Source: Macrostomum lignano (lineage: Eukaryota). From it: 64,000 nt of DNA. This document shows positions 13,753 to 27,128 of the stretch, piece after piece (the stretch's first letter is position 1; every line of letters begins with the position of its first letter). The position numbers and the translations under genes are program-made. The stretch lies in the NCBI GenBank assembly GCA_002269645.1, contig NIVC01000594.1:1-64000 (forward strand), read 5' to 3'. The notes beneath the pieces were generated by a model. The model ran no database searches. It was not told the origin of the DNA and saw nothing but the letters and a program-made list of their open reading frames with translations.

Positions 13753-14329
13753 ATAACTGTTCTCTCCTGCATGCATTCTCTACCTAGCAATTTCACTGTC
13801 TCACTGCCTCACACGTCGACCCCTTTCACTCCCCAGTGCCGCTGTCTGATCTCCACTTGAAGAATTGACAGCTTCCCAATCGCGGTAATTTTTTACGAAC
13901 AAAAGAAGCAATTAGGGACCGTCTGCCTTTCTAGCCTGCCAATTAGTTGTTAAGGCGAGCGCCTTTCCAAGCAGACTGCATTTTGGGTACGAGCTAAAAG
14001 AAAATCTTTGAGCACCTTAAGGCACTCGTTGCCAGGCAAATGTGTGCACTCAACTCAGATGCCAGACATGCAGCCTGCGACACAATTACAACAAGATTTC
14101 TTTGCATTGGCCAAGTGATTGATTGAAACTCAAAACTGACTTACTGTTGTCAAGGAAACACAAGAAACAAGTTCAGAACATACCCAACGATTACCTCAAT
14201 AGCCCCGCGGATTAGCCGGATTGGATTTCGATTCAATTGCTGGCATTTCTAAACAATATATTGATTGCTTCCACTAAACAGTACGAGTATGTTTACATGT
14301 ACTACCATCCACCTCTTTCCCACCCTTTT

Positions 14330-15440
14330 CCCACCGTCCCATCTTCCTCCCACCCATCTTCCTCTCCACCCTTCTCCCTCTCAACCCATCTCCCTCTCCA
14401 CCCATCTTCCTCTCCACCCTTCTCCCTCTCAACCCATCTTCCTCTCCACCCATCTTCCTCTCCACCCTTCTCCCTCTCAACCCATCTCCCTCTCCACCCA
14501 TCTCCCTCCCACCCATCTCCCTCCCACCCATCTCCCTCCCACCCATCTCCCTCTCCACCCATCTCCCTCCCACCCATCTCCCTCCCACCCATCTCCCTCT
14601 CCACCCATCTCCCTCCCACCCATCTCCCTCTCCACCCATCTCCCTCCCACCCATCTCCCTCTCCACCCTTCTCCCTCCCACCCATCTCCCTCCCACCCAT
14701 CTCCCTCCCACCCATCTCCCTCTCCACCCTTCTCCCTCTCCACCCATCTCCCTCCCACCCATCTTCCTCTCCACCCATCTCCCTCCCACCCATCTCCCTC
14801 TCCACCCTTCTCCCTCTCAATCCATCTCCCTCTCCACCCATCTTCCTCTCCACCCTTCTCCCTCTCCACCCATCTCCCTCCCACCCATCTCCCTCCCACC
14901 CATCTCCCTCCCACCCATCTCCCTCCCACCCATCTCCCTCCCACCCATCTCCCTCTCCACCCATCTTCCTCTCCACCCATCTTCCTCTCCACCCTTCTCC
15001 CTCTCCACCCATCTCCCTCCCACCCATCTCCCTCTCCACCCATCTCCCTCCCACCCTTCTCCCTCTCCACCCTTCTCCCTCTCAACCCATCTCCCTCCCA
15101 CCCTTCTCCCTCTCCACCCTTCTCCCTCTCAACCCATCTTCCTCTCCACCCATCTCCCTCTCAACCCATCTTCCTCTCCACCCATCTCCCTCTCCACCCA
15201 TCTCCCTCCCACCCTTCTCCCTCTCCACCCTTCTCCCTCTCAACCCATCTCCCTCTCAACCCATCTCCCTCTCCACCCATCTCCCTCCCACCCATCTCCC
15301 TCTCCACCTATCTCCCTCCCACCCATCTCCCTCCCACCCATCTCCCTCTCCACCCTTCTCCCTCTCCACCCTTCTCCCTCTCCACCCTTTTCCCTCTCCA
15401 CCCTTCTCCCTCTCCACCCTTCTCCCTCTCCACTCTTCTC
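14330..15440 (+). repeat. Pyrimidine-rich minisatellite (CCACCCATCTCCCTC and CCACCCTTCTCCCTCT variants)
   Basis: Tandem 15-17 bp units visible over about 1.1 kb. Confidence 0.95.
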
Positions 15441-17860
15441 TATTTCCACTCTCCGTACATGTACTTGTACCTCTCCGTCCTTATCTTGCTAGAAATTTCT
15501 TCCCCATTCATCATGCAGCGCTCACTAAGACTGCATGTACATGTAAATGATACATGTACATGTAATTGCATCGCAATCTCTTGGCCCACCCACTCGTTCA
15601 GTTTTCTGTGTTCACTGAAACACATTTTCATCTCTAGATACATGTAGTTTTCATCTCTAGATAGTTGGGCAAGCGTACAACTCAGCGTGCGGTCATTTAT
15701 TGCAAAGCGCCTATCCCGCAATTTGCTGGGCTTTTCAAGGCTGTCTGCCCGAGGCCAGTAAGGTTTATTCCTGTGGCAGATGTGGCGAATTTCCGGCTTG
15801 AGAACAATGCAGAGCAGAATTGAATGGCAGGCGGGAGCAGTCCAGGAGGCCCAAGCAGCTGAGGGGATTACGAACGTTGGAATCTGGCTGCTTGGAAAGG
15901 GATGAAATGCTGAAAAAATTAATCCCCTATTTTGCTCAATTCTGGTAAGCCCAGCTGCTCAGGAAGGAATACCAATGCGTTAATTCCCCAATCTTCATGA
16001 ATCATTGTGGTAGGGTTATTAGTTTTATTATAGATCACGATCATATATCTTTAGTCATTTTCAGCGTATTTTTCTTAGTACCCTACTGAAATCAGTAGAA
16101 TAGTTAGATTCAAACTTGTATTTTTGTTTTGAATTGTAAATTAAGGCTTATGTTTTAAACTCGCTTGTAAACTAATTAAATTTGATATGGTAGACCTGCT
16201 GGTACTTTACGAACCATTATTAATCACAAGTTTTGTGAAATTTTAACTCGTATCTGAAAAGGTAGATACGAGTAAAAGGTAGATTCGGATAAGCGGTAGA
16301 TTCGGGTAAGCGGTAGAACTAGGTAAGCGGTAGAATTGGGTAAAATGTAGATTTGAGTAAGAGGTAGATTCGGGTTGCGAGAGGCAGATTAAAGCAATAA
16401 AAGTGTTGAGTTACTATAAACTGCAAAGTGAACAGTGGACAGACTCCACAAGCCCGTTCATATTCTGTATTTCTAAGTGACAAACCAAGTGGCCAACTGA
16501 CGGCAGTGCAGGCCGGCATGCTCAAAATAGATAATCTACGTTGGGCCAAGACAAAAGACAGAACAGCAGCGTGAAAGCTAGTCAGATAAACAAAATAACA
16601 AACAAACAAACAAAAGTTAGGACTTTTGCTGCAAAATGAAAGCAGAGTAAGGAGCAACTGCTTTAATAAGTGCTACAAAACGACAATACCGTATTGGAGC
16701 TATCGAGTTGTACCCGATAAACAGAAAGCAAATTTCATAATTGTTGGGGTGCAGAATTTACAAGGCTCCACCCGGTTGCCAAGCAGTCCATAGTGGGGCC
16801 TGTGGAGACAGCTCTGAGGCGCCAAAATGAAATAGCCTGCTTGGTAGAGCACAGGTGAGTCACAGAGGTATAGCATGTTCTGGGATTCCGGCACTTGCGA
16901 GCATGCAGCGGTCCGGGCGTACAATTTTAAATTACAGAAATGATTTTTCAATATACAGAGAGGGGAAAAGGCAATGCTGAGATAATAGGCAACATTTTGC
17001 TGATTTCATTTTTAGACACTGCAAACTATGAACAAACATAATTATTAGTGTTACATGCCAATAATTTGATTAGTGAACAGCGAGAACACAGCTAGGCTAC
17101 TTAATGATAGATCCAATTGTTTTCTAAGAAAGGAGTCATAAAACAGCTACTGTGCGCCGAGAATGCGTCATCGTGGCGGATGTAGCGGGCCAGCCTCCCG
17201 AGAACTGCAATGAGTGGTGGTTTCAGGCTAAAAAATTGAAATCAACTCTCATTGAAAACCAATTTAACTCTTGGATTGCCTAGATATTGTATTCAATATT
17301 TTAAATACTGATCAGGAATACTCGTTAATACACAATTATATCTTTCTGCTTCATAATCTGCGAATGAAAGACGGAGCCGGAGAGCCAAGCCGCCATGCGG
17401 GAGCGAATGCAAGCGAGCAACATCGTAGAAACGTTTGGCCCAGATACTGGGTAAGCCAGCTTAGGCTTGGCTACAATATACCCGAGCCGTGCTCCTACAC
17501 ACACGCTCCATAGCTGAGCTCTCTTATCTTGGCTCACAGCCAGGCTCCATCCTCCCACAGCCGCGCTGTCCAGAATCTGGGGGGGCAAAAGTGCCAAGTG
17601 TGCAGCCTCTGACTCGCCGTCCCGCATCCGTGCCAGCCAAAAAGCCTCTGCCTGCTTCGACTTTCTCTGTAGCATCTTGCTGCCAGTCTATTGTAGGCTT
17701 TTAATCTGGCTGTAGCTGAAACCGCTTTAATTCAATGCTTGACGGTCTCCAGACCAGCCTCTGCAGTGCCGGTTTGCTTTCAGTCACACAAGAAGTGTGG
17801 GAAAATCCTACCAGTTTGTTGCAGACTCTTCTGGTTGAACCATGCACTTGATTATTTTTA

Positions 17861-18316
17861 TATCGCCATGGAATTTATGATGGGGGACCAGGAATTCTAA
17901 ACGAAAAATTCTCCTTCATTGTGTTTTGAGAAGCCGTGCTGTTAGTACTGATTTTTTGCGCCGCAGCCAGGCACTCATTTTGGCTCTGCAGGCACTCATT
18001 TTGGCGCTGCAGGCACCCATTTTGGTGCCACAGGCACTCATTTAGCGCCGCAGCCAGGCACTCATTTTGGCGCTGCAGGCACTCATTTTGGCGCTGCAGG
18101 CACTCATTTTGGCGCTGCAGGCACTCATTTTGCCGCTGCAGGCACTCATTTTGGCGCTGCAGGCACTCATTTTGGCGCTGCAGCCGGGCACTCATTTAGG
18201 CGCCAAAGCAGGCACTCATTTTAGCGCCACAGATACTCATTTTAGCGCCCTGAAGCAAAATCCTGAATTTCCATAGCGGGAAGCAATGCCATGTAGGCAC
18301 TGTGAGGACGCCCCTG
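17861..18316 (+). mobile_element. Degenerate hAT-type MITE carrying an expanded 21-bp internal array (GGCACTCATTTTGGCGCTGCA)
   Basis: Right end GGACGCCCCTG (18306-18316) is the reverse complement of CAGGGGCGTCC. The left part TCGCCATGGAATTTATGATGGGGGAC resembles the left end of the MITE at 23262. The array unit matches that MITE's internal repeats. Confidence 0.55.
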
Positions 18317-18721
18317 GTTACATGCAAAATTTGCATCAGATCCTAGCCCGTACAGCTAGTAAATCAGCAGTGAAATATCCGTAAATCGAATGCGACAGAC
18401 CAGGACACAATCGGCCATACTTCCGGCTAGCATTCTGCACAAATGAGGATGTTGAGATAAGAAGTTGATTTATCATCTGTTACTCACGTCACTGCAGCGG
18501 GTAAACATATCTGTCCTCACATCCGAAGCACGAAGACGGCGAGCCAGCAGACAGAACGAAGATAGCAACCGTTCTAAAATTGAGCATTACAATAAATTAT
18601 TTATAGCCAAGCGCACAACTTCGAACGTGCTGTCACGTGAACGTGCCATCAGTTAATTAGTCAGACGTCTGCCGTGATCTTACCAGTAGGACAGACCTGA
18701 TAAACTAAGTGATGATGAGAT

Positions 18722-19265
18722 CTCCTCTCTCCTGAACTCCGGGAAATCATCTCCTGTCTCCTGAACTCCGGGAAATCATCTCCTGTCTCCTAAACTCCAG
18801 GAAATCATCTCCTGTCTCCCGTGAACTCCGGGAAATCATCTCCTGTCTCCTGAACTCCGGGAAATCATCTCCTGTCTCCCGTGAACTCCGGGAAATCATC
18901 TCCTGTCTCCCGTGAACTCCGGGAAATCATCTCCTGTCTCCTGAACTCTGGGAAATCATCTCCTGTCTCCTGAACTCCGGGAAATCATCTCCTGTCTCCC
19001 GTGAACTCCGGGAAATCATCTCCTGTCTCCCGTGAACTCCGGGAAATCATCTCCTGTCTCCTGAACTCCGGGAAATCATCTCCTGTCTCCCGTGAACTCC
19101 GGGAAATCATCTCCTGTCTCCTGAGCTCCGGGAAATCATCTCCTGTCTCCTGAACTCTGGGAAATCATCTCCTGTCTCCTGAGCTCCGGGAAATCATCTC
19201 CTGTCTCCTGAGCTCCGGGAAATCATCTCCTGTCTCCTGAACTCTGGGAAATCATCTCCTGTCCC
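18722..19265 (+). repeat. Minisatellite, 31-33 bp unit TGAACTCCGGGAAATCATCTCCTGTCTCC
   Basis: About 17 tandem units visible. Confidence 0.95.
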
Positions 19266-20057
19266 CTTAACTGACGTAAAATCGCCTAAAATCTAAAATC
19301 ACTAACCAGCAAGATATAACAAATCTAAATAAATGCTTTGATCCCATGCAATCTATCGTGAAGATCAATAAGTTTGTCATCGGTATCAATTTTTTGGTAT
19401 GAATACTATGTAAGCAAAGCAGAAGAAACTTACCAGCGGTTTTGGACTTTTTCACTCAGCTGGACAAACGAAGAAACGTCTGCAAATCGGACTGTAAAGC
19501 ATTCTTTAAAGCATTTTCGATTTCTGTAAAGCATTAGTTTCTCACCGCATCTCCACTAATATAGGCGGCATGGCTGAGGCTAAAGCATTGTAAGTCAGAT
19601 CAGAACTCGCTTCTCTCCGTCTCTGTTTGGCCTTAAAAGGCTCTCCTTGCCTACCAATGCGAGTGCACAGGCTGTGCCCCACCCCTCTTTTGTTGGAGTG
19701 GGGTGGCTGGCTGGGAATCCCCGCGGCATTGACGCACAGCACGCGGGTGGTGCTAAAAATAGCTTGGAAAGGAAAGCCAATCCGAATTCAAATACTGCAC
19801 GCCCTTTTCAGCAGATCCGACAGGCACCTGCCAAACTGTTTTGTATACAACAGCCGGAACACGATTCTCTGTCACTTTCTTTCTTTGTTAGTCGTTTTAG
19901 ATCTGGAAACACAGAATGGATCGCTTCATAAGATCGAAGTTTCACGAGACGGAACTATCACTCTGTAAGCTAGCAATCTAGTGCCCTCCTTCTAGTGCCC
20001 AATAAGCAAGGGACGGAAATTATTTTACGTGAATCCTATTTGCATTGACTTTTTAGC

Positions 20058-20472
20058 AATTCCGCCGTAAGCCTTGACAACTCAGCGATTCCCCCAGTAA
20101 GCCATGACATCTCAGCGATTCCCCCAGTAAGCCTTGACAACTCAGCGATTCCCCCAGTAAGCCTTGACAACTCAGCGATTCCCCAGTAAGCCTTGACATC
20201 TCAGCGATTCCCCCAGTAAGCCATGACATCTCAGCGATTCCCCCAGTAAGCCTTGACAACTCAGCGATTCCCCCAGTAAGCCATGACATCTCAGCGATTC
20301 CCCCAGTAAGCCTTGACAACTCAGCGATTCCCCCAGTAAGCCTTGACAACTCAGCGATTCCCCCAGTAAGCCATGACATCTCAGCGATTCCCCCAGTAAG
20401 CCATGACATCTCAGCGATTCCCCCAGTAAGCCTTGGCATCTGATCGATTCCCCCAGTAAGCCTTGGCATCTC
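20058..20472 (+). repeat. Minisatellite, 30 bp unit CTCAGCGATTCCCCCAGTAAGCCTTGACAA
   Basis: About 14 tandem units visible. Confidence 0.95.
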
Positions 20473-20786
20473 AGCTGACCTGAATTATCATACTGTAGAA
20501 CTGAAGTATCAAAATACTATACTCTTTACTGGTAGAGGTTGGAGTTTCTGCAAGTTTCCTTAGGGTTCTAGGAAATGATTAGAAATTAGTGACAATAAAC
20601 TGGAGGAATGAATGAAGAGCGGAAATACACAGTGCAGGTGCAATAAAATGCATTTAATAACTCTCAATGTGAGAAGACAGGATTGCACCCTTGGAAGAGG
20701 GGAGGCCTTAAAATTCGCGATGCTGCAATACTCGAGAATCACCCCGTCTCTCCGTCTAGAGCAGCAAAGCTGGCTAATTTATGATC

Positions 20787-22262
20787 CCCAATTTGACGTC
20801 TGCGACTAAGCGAATTCCGCTTTCAGAAATGATGCAGGAAATGTTATCCAGTCGGGAAAAATCAGAGGCGAAACATAAAGCACTAACGTAAAGCGAGTGC
20901 ATTTCCCCCATATTTTCTATAAACATTTTATGATCCCTATATGGGGAACGGGTCTTCAAATTCCCCGCTTCAAGAGAAAAGAAGATTACTGCCTGTCTTT
21001 AATTACTTGGGCTTGCATTTTCCCTCTGTTGAAGTGTTCTAATCTTAGTAATCCGAGATTCACGCGATTTTTTCCGGCTCATTTGCACCGGTAATGGCGC
21101 TTGTGTTTGTGCTGGCGGTGCCAGATATCTGCTCAGGACAAAGACATTGATTCCAATGCACTCCTCCCACGCAAGCAGAGCCATAGCATTCGCATGCACT
21201 CAAGCAATACAAGCGGCCCCGGAATTGCACTAAGTTTGACCTCGACCCCCGGCACGCACCCCCCCCCTCGTTGGGGGGCTCCGCCCTCAGAGTGAGCTTG
21301 ATATTCGTGTTTACTGCCCTCTCTACCCCTGCCTATCTGATATTAATTGCATTGAACTGTGCTACACAAGCCTCTTGCCGCATGCATAAAAAACTTCACT
21401 GTGCTTGAGTGCAAAAGGATAGAGAAGGCTAGGGGCGGTCTGTGTCGGCCTTTAAGCCCTACATTTTACATACAGTCGAACGCTACGCTACACCATATTT
21501 TTATCAATCATTAAAGCAGGGTTTATACTCCAGTTATACTCATGTAGCAAAGACAAAATTGTGCAGCCTACGTTCCCGCCCAGGCCTCTGAAACGCGCCC
21601 TGTGACGTTGTCCCACGCTTGACTGGCTGACAACGTATTTTTGTTGTTGCAGTTGTAACTGCATGAGAACATACCATGTCAAAAGTATGAACATTATGTC
21701 TTCAAACGTTAAATTTTGCTTGAAAGTGCGTTTTTTATGATAGGCATTTTCTGGTCAACGACCAGGTCTTTGAGTTGCACAACAGTACCGTCTCGACCTT
21801 GGAGTCTTGGACACAGATGTCGGGTCACAGACCGAATTCAGCGGAGAGGCAAGCACTGAACGGACGGATTTGATGGTCGCTTTGAAGACAATGGATATAT
21901 TAAGTAGAAATATTTATTATTCTGTTATTGTTTACATGTAGGCATAATATGCCCATGTAAATATATAAAAAGAGGATGTGAACTTAAGAGTCAAAATGGA
22001 GCCCGAACATTCGGTCCCAGTTTCTCAACGCCAATCAAGTGCTTAAATGACGAGATGACCACGATAAACGCTCTTTTTATGTTTGTATGAAGAATAAGAG
22101 CGGCATTATTGTTATGTTTATGTTTACGTTTATGTTATCCCCCACCCCAGCTCTCATTGTGTTTTGTGCTATATGTTTCGCCTCTGATTTTTCCCGACTG
22201 TATAACATTTCCTGCATCATTTCTGAAAGCGGAATTCGCTTAGTCGCAGACGTCAAATTGGG
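20787..22262. mobile_element. Candidate non-autonomous element with about 97-bp near-perfect inverted repeats
   Basis: 20787-20883 and 22166-22262 are reverse complements with only 2-3 mismatches (CCCAATTTGACGTCTGCGACTAAGCG...). No coding capacity inside and no TSD recognised. Confidence 0.55.
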
Positions 22263-23261
22263 TTTGTATCACGCATTTTAGACAGAGCGATTTCTACTTT
22301 GACGAAGTGGAGGTTAACCCGACGTTTCGAGACGTTTCGGAAGGTTTTCCATCACATGAAACCCCCATTTATCCCATTTCTCCCCATAGAGATCTCCAAA
22401 CGCTAAAGTTCTCGGTTTTCGGCATAACGGGAGCTATTTTGGCTCCAAATGAAGAGATTGACGTAGAGAAATCGGGACCCATTGCTTCAGGTTCCATTTT
22501 GACTCTTAAATTCACATCCCATTTGTACATATTTATGTCCAAGTGAGCCAATCGACAGTTGTAGATGCTCATGGCTCAATGATTGCAAACATCGCAAGAT
22601 TATAGTATATAATACACAGTGCATAAGCCTACAGAAGCCTTACTCTGTTGTTGCAGAAAAAAATCAATAAAATCTGCAATTGCCAGTCTATACATACCCT
22701 CTGTTTGGAAAATCGTCAGATGGAAGGCATCACCAATGATTCTATCATTCAATGAAACCCCTGCAGATAGAGATCTGTCCATCAACAGACTGTTCCATTC
22801 TTTTTTCTTTCCAAATTTTCGTTAAGCATATGCGCGTCATTTTGTATGCACTCTGAAAACTCGATTTCGCTCCAAAACTTTTTTGCAGCATTCGAAATTG
22901 TACGCAAAATTAGTTGAATACGACTGGGATCAACTAATAAATCCACCTAAATTCAGTTGTACATCTGTTTCAGATATTCGAGCTTTCATCCGAGTTTTCT
23001 ATGTCGATATACGGTTCTCGGCTGTTGAGCGGTTCTCTTCCAGAGTATCATTTCGGGCTTTTGGTAGAGCTCCTTTGTTGAGTTGGAATGTCTTGCCTCT
23101 TCCTGGTATATACGGTATGTAGGTGACTTTGAGACTATTGCCACTGTTGTACTTGTGTCAGAACTAATTAGATGTGTGCGAATGTTGTTCAGAGCTGAGG
23201 GCTCTGAGGAATTCAAATCGATGTATGTGTATAGCAGCTCCGTAGTAGTGAGCTATTGCAG

Positions 23262-23624
23262 CAGGGGCGTCGCCCCTGGATTTTATGGTGGGGGGACAAA
23301 ACCAAGAATTGAACATGTACAGTACATGTACATGACTAAATTCCAACATTTCCATTATTTTGAGAATCGTGTTGTCAGCGCTCATTTACTCATATTGGCG
23401 CCGCAGGCACTCATTTTAGCGCCGCAAGCATTCCTTTTGGCGCCGCAAGCATCGATACTTTTGGCGCCGAAGGCGCTATATTTTGGCGCCCTAAAGAAAA
23501 ATTATTGATTACCACAACGAGTCACAAGGTGGGGTGGGGGGGGGACAAAGCATTAGCATGTCCCCCATAGCTTTTACTGGGGGACATGTCCCCCTGTCCC
23601 CCCCCCCCGATGGCGACGCGCCTG
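23262..23624. mobile_element. hAT-type MITE
   Basis: TIRs CAGGGGCGTCGCC / GGCGACGCGCCTG; flanking 8-mers TATTGCAG and CATTGCAG (7/8 match, TSD); internal G/C-run palindromes and 21-bp repeats. Confidence 0.8.
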
Positions 23625-24412
23625 CATTGCAGTTTATGCTTACATGCTGCACACGTGTCTTACTCTTACATGTAGCAATGTAGCACTTGTAAATTTGGGT
23701 GCAAACGCACTTAGCGTAACTTCTCCCACTGTATGTGCTTGCGCTTACTTACATGTATAAACTTCTATATAGCTTTCAAGTGACACTGGAAAGGAACCGC
23801 GTGCACTTCTAGCTGATGAGAGAGGATTTTTGGCAACTGTTCTACCCAATCCTCCTGCATGCTATCCGCATGCTCGCCGGCAAGGACCAAGAAGCATTTT
23901 CCCTTAGCTTAGCACACAGTGCGTAGGCGGGCTCTGAGTCAGCAAGTCCGCGCCCTCCCGGCAGATCCTTGCTTGCATGCTGTAGTTCCCCTCCCGGGAC
24001 TTGGCATCGAGCCAGCCCTGGAATCCCCACAGCAGTAGTGTACGTAGTGCACTGAATTTCCCGCACACGCTTATACCACGCACAGCTTAATAATCCTCTC
24101 CAGCGTAGTGTGAGGACTGTCTCTCCTTTCAGTCCGTACATGCACGCGGCTTGCTGCTTGCATTGGCTGGACGGGAGGTCCCTGCTGAAGTAAGCATGCG
24201 CCGGTGCAGTAGACCCTCGGGAGGGAAGGACGAGAGGGGAGGCGCGCGTTGAAATGCGCCGGATTCGTCCTCTCGCTGCCCTTGTCTCTCGTTTTCTTCC
24301 CTCTATTCCCTCTCTCCCCTCTCTTGGCACGTGGCCAATGCAGGGAAAAACAAACAGAACTTTGCACAAGTGTAGCTCCCCTTATGACACCTTTCTGGCT
24401 GAGAACCTAAAG

Positions 24413-24481
24413 CAGGGATCGCGAAACTTTTTTACCTCAAGGGCCAGATAAAAAATCCAGCTCATGGCTGCGGGCCAGATT
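24413..24481 (+). mobile_element. Left-end fragment of a Buster/Charlie-like hAT non-autonomous element
   Basis: CAGGGATCGCGAAACTTTTT...AAGGGCCAGAT...GCGGGCCAGAT resembles the end of the hAT at 39597. No matching right TIR was found. Confidence 0.4.
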
Positions 24482-24623
24482 AGAGAGGAAAGGAGAGAGG
24501 AATAGGAGATGAGAGAAAAGAAGCGAAGCGAGAAATGGATGAGAGAAGAGATAAGAGATAAGATGAGATGAGAGAAGAGGATAGAGAGGAGAGAAGAGAG
24601 AAATGAGGATAGAGAGGAGAGAA

Positions 24624-25056
24624 AACAACAACAAAATACAGCAAAATACGCGGCCCCGCAAGCGAAGGTCACAGTTAGAGCAGGGCGCGTCAGATGGCGC
24701 GCTGCAGAGCCTGGGAGCAAAATCCGCTCCGTTGGCAGTGTCGGGCACCCCAGCGTCGCACAGCAGGCAGTCCACGTATCGACGGGTTCGGGCCTGACCC
24801 CGCCTGAACGGACTCTGCAAGGTGAGCAAGGTGAACAGGTTGGGGGCAGTAGCCTTCGGACCGGATCACGTGGCCCGCCAGTTGAAGTCGCCGTGGGCGC
24901 AGGATGGTGGACGGGCGCTGCAGCTTGGCCCGATCGTACAGGGCTTCGGTCCCGACGCTCTCGTCAGCTCGAAAGGCCGCACGGAGCAGCCCTGAGTGCT
25001 CTGAGTCCAGCCGCCGCTCTAGCGTAGCCGTCAGCGTCCACATCTCGGCGTTGTAT
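24624..25056 (-). mobile_element. 5'-truncated RTE-type LINE fragment (RT C-terminal region)
   Basis: LYNAEMWTLTATLERRLDSEHSGLLRAAF...RRLQLAGHVIR; (TTG)n 3' tail at 24624-24634; possible TSD AGAGGAGAGAA in low-complexity flanks. Homologous to the copy at 30.7-31.8 kb. Confidence 0.85.
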
Positions 25057-25700
25057 AGAGGAGAGAAGAGAGAAGAAGAGAGAAGAAGAGAGAAGAAGAG
25101 AGAAGAAGAGAGAGGATAGAGGGGAGAGAGAGAGGAGAGGGTAGAGGGGAGAGAAAATTGGGAGAAAAAGAGAGAGGAGAGATGAGAGGGAAGAGAAGAG
25201 AGGAGACAGGAGAGAGGAGAGAAGAGAGAAGAGAGGAGAGGGGAGAGAGAGGAGAGGGGAGAGAGGAGAGGGGAGAGAGGAGAGGGGAGAGAGGAGAGGG
25301 GAGAGAGGAGAGGGGAGAGAGGAGAGGGGAGAGAGGGGAGGGGAGAGAGGAGAGGGGAGAGAGGAGAGGGGAGAGAGGGGAGGGGAGAGAGGAGAGGGGA
25401 GAGAGGGGAGGGGAGAGAGGAGAGGGGAGAGAGGAGAGGGGAGAGGGGAGAGAGGAGAGAGGAGAGGGGAGAGAGGAGAGGGGAGAGAGGAGAGGGGAGA
25501 GAGGAGAGGGGAGAGAGGAGAGGGGAGAGAGGAGAGAGAAATAGAAGGAGAAAAGGAGAGGGGAGAGAAGGAGAGGGAAGAGAAAGAGAGGGAAGAGAAA
25601 AGAGGAGACAGGAGAGAGGAGAGAAGAGAGAAGAAGAGAGGGAAGAGGGAAGAGAGGAGAGGGGAGAGAGAAGAGGGGAAAGAGGAGAGAGAACAAAAGA
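25057..25700 (+). repeat. Purine-rich (AG) low-complexity tandem repeat
   Basis: GAGAGGAGAGGG-type units visible. Confidence 0.95.
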
Positions 25701-26514
25701 CAGCGGAGAAGAAACAAGCCTTGAGCAAACCGGATTGTTGCTATGGTGAATTTTCAAAGGAGAGCGGAGAGATAGAAGCCGGATAGAGAGGCTTCGCGGG
25801 CCTGACCTAGAGAGGGCTCATTAAGTCACATTTTAAGTCGCAATTGATTATTCAGATCGACTACGGAAAACATCGCAAATAAATTCTTAAATAATCAATC
25901 TTGACCAATCATTAGTTTGCACCAAAACTACTCGTATAAACCTGAAATCTAAATAAATCTGAATTTTTTTTATTTCATCGGTAGCAAATTAATAATCGGT
26001 AGATTTTTTCTAAAATAGATGGAACCATGTGGTTTGCAAAACTACTACTTTTAGTAGTGAAAAGCCTCTGGATAGTGAAAAATACTGGTGCAATTTAAGA
26101 TCCATTTATATATGTCCATTTAGTGTCCATTTCTGATGAGGACTGACTTTCAGCACTGATGTGATGGCACATGAGCTCCTTCCCCTGTACAGTACTCACT
26201 ACTGCAAGTTGGAATGGCATTTTTTTCCTTTCTTCTATTTTCTCTATTATTTCCTTCCCTCTCTTCTATCTTCCCTGCTTTTCCTTTGTCTTCCCGAGAA
26301 TCACGTGACTTGTTTTTTCTCATTTTTGACAGGCCATAAAGCACATGAGATTTCCGCCTATTGTTCAGATTGATAGCCTTGAGCTTTCTTTTAGAAGTGT
26401 AAAAGTGGTAATCTTCTCGCGGGTTACCCTATTGCAGTTCCTCTTCATCCCCGATGTAAAATACGAGCATATTTTCATGTGGATTTTGGGGGAGTACGGC
26501 GTTTGCTTGCGAAT

Positions 26515-26850
26515 ATTTGCTTGCCGAATTTTGCTTGCCGAACTTTGCTTGCCGAACTTTGCTTGCCGAACTCTGCTTGCCGAACTTTGCTTGCCAAACT
26601 TTGCTTGCCGAACTTTGCTTGCCGAACTTTGCTTGCCGAACTTTGCTTGCCGAACTTTGCTTGTCGAACTTTGCTTGCCGAACTTTGCTTGCCGAACTCT
26701 GCTTGCCGAACTTTGCTTGCCGAACTCTGCTTGCCGAACTTTGCTTGCCGAACTTTGCTTGCCGAACTTTGCTTGCCGAACTTTGCTTGCCGAACTTTGC
26801 TTGCCGAATTTTGCTTGCCGACGCGAACTTTGCTTGCCGAAATTTGCTTG
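26515..26850 (+). repeat. Minisatellite, 15 bp unit TTTGCTTGCCGAACT
   Basis: About 22 tandem units visible. Confidence 0.95.
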
Positions 26851-27024
26851 CGGAATTTCGATGTCTGCTTCCTAGAAATTCCCAATTACAATTGCAAGGT
26901 TTTAACTTGCCGAATTATTTTCTTTTTTGCTTCTTTGCTTTGATTGCTTGTGAAGTTGTTCAGTCAATTATTACTTACTACAGCTGCTTTGCAAGTGGAT
27001 TCTTATCAGCGTCGAACTGATAAT

Positions 27025-27128
27025 TAGGGTATTAGGGCATTAGGGTATTAGGGCATTAGGGTATATTAGGGCATTAGGGTATTAGGGCATTAGGGTATTA
27101 GGGCATTAGGGTATTAGGGCATTAGGGT
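27025..27128 (+). repeat. Telomere-like array (TATTAGGG/CATTAGGG)n
   Basis: About 12 TTAGGG cores separated by alternating TA/CA dinucleotides. Confidence 0.85.

Noticed and set aside
18722-20472. CRISPR-like appearance of the regular 30-33 bp arrays
   Set aside because: Units are head-to-tail with no unique spacers, there are no cas genes and the context is eukaryotic.
23842-24369. 175-aa minus-strand ORF
   Set aside because: No recognisable domain, partly low-complexity, and lies among TE fragments.
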